In this document: piece after piece, positions 21,069 to 24,218 of the stretch | Layout of the letters: each line of letters opens with the position of its first letter | Position numbering within the stretch: the stretch's first letter is position 1 | Origin: Ginkgo biloba | Taxonomy: Eukaryota; Plantae; Ginkgophyta | DNA length: 24,218 bases | Assembly: GCA_024626585.2 (NCBI GenBank) | Contig: JANKJI020000002.1 | Coordinates: 36,066,868-36,091,085, forward strand | Direction: 5' to 3' | Notes under the pieces: model-generated | The model's database searches: none | The model's input: only the letters and a program-made list of their open reading frames with translations | What the model was told of the DNA's origin: nothing | Translations under genes and position numbers: made by a program

Positions 21069-21699
21069 TAAGTTTATATAACAAAGAGATATATCGCAAA
21101 TTGTGGTTGTTGTTCTTAATCTACTCTCTATAGCAAATATAGTGTTATTTTAAGTTTAAATATAGTGTTATTTTAAGTTTATATCACAAAGAGATAGAAG
21201 GCAATTGAACTTGCATTTAAGATAACACATTGCCGCTTCTAGAATCAAGATGGCTTTTGTTAAGAACCTATGGTTTAAGATGAGACTAATTGACAGAACC
21301 CGCAATACTACTTATTGTGTTTAAATAGTGAGTTGATACCATTTGAGACTTGTGGTAGCATTAGCCATAATAAGTGGCATTGGATTGAAATGAAATTCAA
21401 TGAAGTGAATTCATATTATTGTCCACTAGTGACCAAAAATTGATTAATGGGAGTAACTAGTACAAGCAAGTAGTACATTTCCATGTGAGTGCCTATGGTA
21501 GCTCTAATGCTAATAAAAACCAATAAAATTAGTAAATATGACAAATAAAATAGAGTATGTCAAAATGAGTGCTAGGACCCCTCCAATTGGAGGTGTATGT
21601 CAACGTTCATCACTTTGAGTCCATATATCATCAAATATATCATAAAACCCTTCCAAAAGAGAGTGAAACACTCATTTTTAATTTGCTAGATAGGATGAT

Positions 21700-22180
21700 A
21701 GAGTGTGAGTTGCGTCTGAGGTAAGTTGGCCGTAGTGGAGGGTAAGAAAAGTTGTGCAACATATTGGTGAAGTGTGTTCAAGGTGGAGCTCTAGGACTCT
21801 ATGAACCGTCTACCACTATAGAATAACCCAAGAATGTGGTAGGCATATGGTGGTAAGGTTTAAGTGTCGAATGAGAGACCCCTTCAAGGCATGTGAATGA
21901 ATAGAAGAATTGCTAACCAAAAAGTGCACTCCTGCTAATGATAAAAAAAATGCTTTGTAACATTTGGATGAGTTGAGGCAAACTCGTTTTGTGTAAGAGT
22001 ATACCTATAAGTTAAAAGAACTTCTAGCATGAACTGTAAAATTACCAATGGCAATGTAGGTGCATCATTCTATTCAACAATTGAGCAACAATCTCAAGCA
22101 AACAATGGCATTAGCAAAACCAATATCAGTAGATGAAGCAATAATTAAAGCTTTGGTGGCAAAAACAACCACTAAAGGAG
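21700..22180 (+). mobile_element. Decayed retrotransposon gag remnant
   Basis: W*SVFKVEL, LDELRQTRFV*EYTYKLKELL and LSNNLKQTMALAKPISVDEAIIKAL are typical Retrotrans_gag segments. Confidence 0.6.
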
Positions 22181-22782
22181 CTAGATAAAAAAGGAAGATC
22201 ATGGTTCAAATTTTAGATGGGAGCTCTTATAGGCATTAGTATCCAAGGAACAAGTTTTAAGGAATGATATTGATATATTTCAAAGGGAAATCCAATTGAG
22301 TGCAAAGAAAAGAACCCTATGTAGGAGGCGTGTACATTATGTTTCACCATTATGACATGTAATAAATGAGATTGTAGCCCAAATTGTGTGTGTTCTTCTG
22401 TTCATGTATGTGAATGACAATTCATATGAATGATAAATGTGTAATCTCTAAGTGCTAACCAAATTTGCCAAGATTTTCTCTGTTTTGATGGAGTTTTCTC
22501 TTTCTGATGGTTGTCTACCATGTGGCACAATAATATTGCTGAGATCTTGCTGCACACTATTACCTTGAGTGCCCTCCCTTAACTAAGATAAGTAGAAGTT
22601 TTATTTTTTTTGTAGGGATGGCAAGCTTAAGTATTAGATAGGGTCCTTAGCCATCAACCCTTCCCCCACCCTTGGACAACGNNNNNNNNNNNNNNNNNNN
22701 NNNNNNNNNNNNNNNNNNNNNNNNNNNNNNNNNNNNNNNNNNNNNNNNNNNNNNNNNNNNNNNNNNNNNNNNNNNNNNNNNC

Positions 22783-22902
22783 AAAGGAACCAGTTCTTTG
22801 TGCTTATAGTATTTGACAGATTCAGAATTTGGTTTATGTGGATTTGTGGATGTAGATTGGGTAGGTGATCCTGCAACTCGAAAAAGCACTACAGGGTAAG
22901 TT
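22783..22902 (+). mobile_element. Ty1/copia RT-RNase H junction fragment
   Basis: KGTSSLCL*YLTDSEFGLCGFVDVDWVGDPATRKSTTG*V (cf. GFVDADWAGD..TRKSTTGYV). Confidence 0.9.
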
Positions 22903-24098
22903 ACTAAGTTGTTGAAGTTGCTGCTATATACTCTGCCTCAGTGCTAGAGAGCACAACACCGATTTACTCTTGTACAAAATTTCAAGTTCTAAATCACTTA
23001 AGAACTCCAAAAATGACCAAAAAGTCCATGTTAGAATCCTAATTTGTTCTATATTTGAGTGTTGCGGGTCTGAGTGACATACTAAAAAAATTAATAATTA
23101 AATAAACAATTTAGGTTGAAAATTAAGGGTGCTTGTATGTGCCAATTTGTAGACACAAAGAAAACCCCAAAAGGAGAAATGTTGCAAAGTAGAAATTTTA
23201 TTAATTGCAAAACAAAGGGAGCAACAATCTAGATCCTAGGACCTGTAGGATCACTTTAATAGAGGAATCTATGTTAACTATTTTTGACAACTAAAAGTAG
23301 AACGATATGTTAGTCATGCAACCCATTCATTAAGGAATATGAAAGCTAGTCCTAATATATTAGAAACTAAAGGAAAACAAAGCTTATCACCTAATTAATT
23401 AAATAATGTGGTTAATAACAATGGTAATGAAGGTAATAACAACAATCACAAATTTAATGCAAAATTTAACAAAACTAGGGGAAGGAGAGCCCCACCAATC
23501 ATTCTCCAAAGGATAATTCATTATGTCATGTGACTTTCGATAGCCACAATGACCACTCTGACTAATTGGAGCTATTCCTCATGTGCAATGCCATACGTGT
23601 AATAACATGCATACTAATCAAGTTTAAAACTTGCAATAAACATGATAAAATAGGGACATACATGCATATTTATTGATACAATGATTAAGATATTAATTAC
23701 AATCACAATGAGCAATATTGAACATTCACATGTATGTAGGTATTTATCTATGTTAATTTAGGATAATGTTCTATAGAAAGTAGGCATATGTCTAGTTTCT
23801 GAAGAGAGATTGTTAGTATTAAGGTCAACTTGCAACAAATGACTCGTCTTTATTATTGGTCGTCAAGAGCGCTTGTAGAGGCTTATTATGTTTACAACCA
23901 AACCTTCAACAATAAACTATGCTTATTGTTAACGCCTAGCAACTATGAGCGATTTTTTAGACTGCACCCCTCAATCCTGATGTTGGTAGAGGTGCTAGGT
24001 GTTAGGTCTATTTCAATCTCTCTTTAGCATAAGGATAGTCCAAATAGCTTGGAATATCTACCGCTATTGGTAGTTATTTATTTATATTAATATCTAGT

Positions 24099-24188
24099 AT
24101 GGTCACCAAACCCTAAGCCTACAACAATAGCGTTAGAACAAGAAATACCCCAACATGGTCAACAAACCCTATGACTATAACAATAGCC
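24099..24188. repeat. Two-copy tandem repeat, period about 56 bp
   Basis: ATGGTCACCAAACCCTAAGCCTACAACAATAGC (24099) vs ATGGTCAACAAACCCTATGACTATAACAATAGC (24155). Confidence 0.7.
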
Positions 24189-24218
24189 ATAGAGTTCATC
24201 ATAATGGGGGAAAACCCT

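Larger units (their letters stand above)
16491..21180 (+). mobile_element. Degenerate, internally deleted Ty3/gypsy retrotransposon carrying nested insertions
   Basis: Short 5' LTR TG(16491)..CA(16611), PBS-Met-like TGGTATCAAA at 16614, protease (18504-18700), RT (19035-19300), RNase H (19302-19560), integrase (20967-21068), and LTR-homologous blocks at 21101-21180. The PR-RT-RH-IN order is gypsy. Confidence 0.75.

Noticed and set aside
22600-22680. Strong acceptor-like TTTTTTTTGTAG as a possible downstream INTS2 exon
   Set aside because: The following frames hit stops quickly or show no similarity to the expected INTS2 C-terminus.
23148-23700. Possible further LTR starting TGTAGAC
   Set aside because: No matching end, TSD, PBS or PPT could be fixed.

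Overview
AT-rich, CpG-depleted, heavily gapped draft-assembly window of eukaryotic nuclear DNA, most likely a land plant outside the flowering plants (inference). The main host-gene signal is missed or only partly shown by the ORF track: four spliced + strand exons (1580/1632-1698, 1755-1884, 2130->2226, 9851-10036) of an Integrator complex subunit 2 (INTS2)-like gene. I recognised it by similarity, from memory, to two conserved blocks of metazoan INTS2. Between these exons, on the - strand, lies the C-terminal half of a plant histidine phosphatase / phosphoglycerate-mutase-like gene (5744-6232) that looks pseudogenised. It sits beside a dense array of direct and inverted repeats resembling a DNA-transposon end. 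The rest is decayed, nested transposons: Ty3/gypsy gag/PR/RT/RH/IN remnants, Ty1/copia RNase H, solo LTRs, L1 LINE ORF1 (DUF4283) and RT fragments, a probable Mutator/SWIM remnant in two partial copies, and short tandem repeats. No rRNA, tRNA or CRISPR is supported. All family assignments are by-eye motif recognition; no searches were run.
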